Source of the DNA: Scyliorhinus canicula | Lineage: Eukaryota | Assembly: GCF_902713615.1 (NCBI RefSeq) | Contig: NC_052148.1 | Span: 20,131,888 to 20,195,887, forward strand | Reading direction: 5' to 3' | Length of the DNA stretch: 64,000 nucleotides | Part shown: piece by piece, positions 62,457 through 64,000 of the stretch | Numbering within the stretch: the first letter of the stretch is position 1 | How the letters are laid out: each line of letters begins with the position of its first letter | The notes under the pieces: model-generated | Told to the model about the DNA's origin: nothing | The model's database searches: none | The model's input: only the letters and a program-made list of their open reading frames with translations | Translations under genes and position numbers: made by a program

Positions 62457-64000
62457 CGACGGGGGTTGGATTTAGCTGTTATTGCTGCTGTTAATCACAT
62501 CCAGGACTGAACCATGTTCATTCGGACAGTTGGAGAAGTGGGAGGATCGGAGGGTTTCTTTCTGTTGGACTGGCCGATCTCACGACTTTGCTTCCAGTGG
62601 GCTGGTGCTCTTTCAGACTGGCTAGTGTTAGGTAACCAAAGGTAGTTTTAAGGGATTCATATTTGTCTGGGTAAACATAAGTCCCGAAAGATGTGCTTGT
62701 GAGGTGAATTGGACATTCTGAATTCTCCCTCGGTGTACCCGAACAGGTGCTGTAGTATGGCGACGAGAGGATTTTCACAGTAACTTCATTGCAGTGTTAA
62801 TGTAAGCCTATATGTGACAATAATAAAGAATATTATTATTATGATATGAGTTCAAGGATACTAGAACTGCTCTGCTAGGCTGGTGCCCATCTATATACGT
62901 CTATAATTACGTTCCTCCACATAGCCCTCATCACTCTATGAGTGTCTAATTTCCTCTCGCATGGCTCCATGGGGAAATTACTTTCTTTCAGCTCTTTAAG
63001 TTTCCATTGATGTAGCAGATCTCTATCTGTGCACCAAAGGTACCAAACCAGATCCATGAAATTCTCTGTGTTCAGCTCTCAACAGCCGAGAGCTGCACCA
63101 GCCGATATGTATCAAATCCCCAACCCAACCCATCTGGGAGACACCTCCAGGGTGATAATGCCACATATCTCAATAACGGCTCCTTAACATTTGTCATCAA
63201 CATCACTAGTTGCCCCACTGTCGCACTGCCCTCCAGCTGTGATCTGACAGCAACAACTTACGTTTATGCAGATTCTTTAATGCGATTAAACATCTCAAGG
63301 CATTTCACAGCAAGTCAGGAGCTAAGTTTGACGCTATCAGTTTAGGTGACCACAACCTTGGTCAAAGGTATAGATTTTAAAGAAGGTTTTAACGGCATGA
63401 GAAGAACTTTTTACTGCTCTATTTATTTTGTTCCAATCAATGCATTCACTTCCATCGAGGTCAATGTGCCAGACAACTAAAGAATATTAAAACTCCAAAC
63501 AGAGCGCCGCTGGCCTTCTGAGTGCTCGTTTTCTGAAAGAGCTCTTCAATTAGTCTCATTTTCTTGCCTTTCCCCCAAGCCCTTCAAAGATAATCTTTCA
63601 AGAACGATTATAGATTCTGCATCCGATTTGATCTGATTGATGCCCTAACGACCTGAATTAAAAATCAATCTCCCAACCTCTCCCTTTCTTCCTTCGGTGA
63701 TCTTACATTTGCATTCTTCAGTTACTGACTCACCAGCCAGGGAAATCATTTTTATTCATTAACTTGTCTAAACCTCTTTCCCTTCAGAATCAAAGTCTCT
63801 CGGCACAAGTGCCGGCCCCGCGAATTTCATCTCCACCTTTGCAGGAGGCAATGGGGTCCATCCGAAGACCCGACACAAAATCCCAACTTTCCTGTTCTCC
63901 CTCGTTCCGTAAGTCTTTGAACTTGCTATTTATGGGGTGGTGGGGAGGGATCAGGATGGTGTGTTGAAAGGCCGGGGGGAGGGGGTCAGCAATGCCAGGG

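Noticed and set aside
52000-64000. Next upstream DOCK exon (DLGxKDL...LRRPFGVA)
   Set aside because: No matching splice-bounded segment found by eye (62875-63057 and 63780-63930 were examined). It probably lies beyond the window.

Overview
Repeat-dense vertebrate intronic DNA. The HE1/V-type SINEs and CR1-type LINEs point to a cartilaginous fish (shark; catshark-like by recall, not verified). Seven in-phase minus-strand exons (51883-51958, 45387-45466, 40215-40340, 33981-34105, 20497-20595, 3000-3072, 1405-1508; 683 bp) encode the region leading into and through the DHR-1/C2 domain of a DOCK-A family GEF, closest to DOCK2. The introns hold many SINEs, CR1 fragments, solo LTRs, a Gypsy relic, Harbinger MITEs and a decayed Harbinger transposon. 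The most striking feature is a ~5.0 kb near-perfect palindrome (23623-28642) of two head-to-head Penelope-like retroelements. Each arm has an open 751-codon RT + GIY-YIG frame and a minimal hammerhead ribozyme, and one 12-bp target-site duplication flanks the whole unit. A ~190-bp miniature with the same architecture lies at 50581-50773. Also notable: an internally deleted but in-frame FLYWCH/MULE element, a 150-nt orphan hairpin, SINE tail swapping, and an isolated C2H2 zinc-finger gene end.
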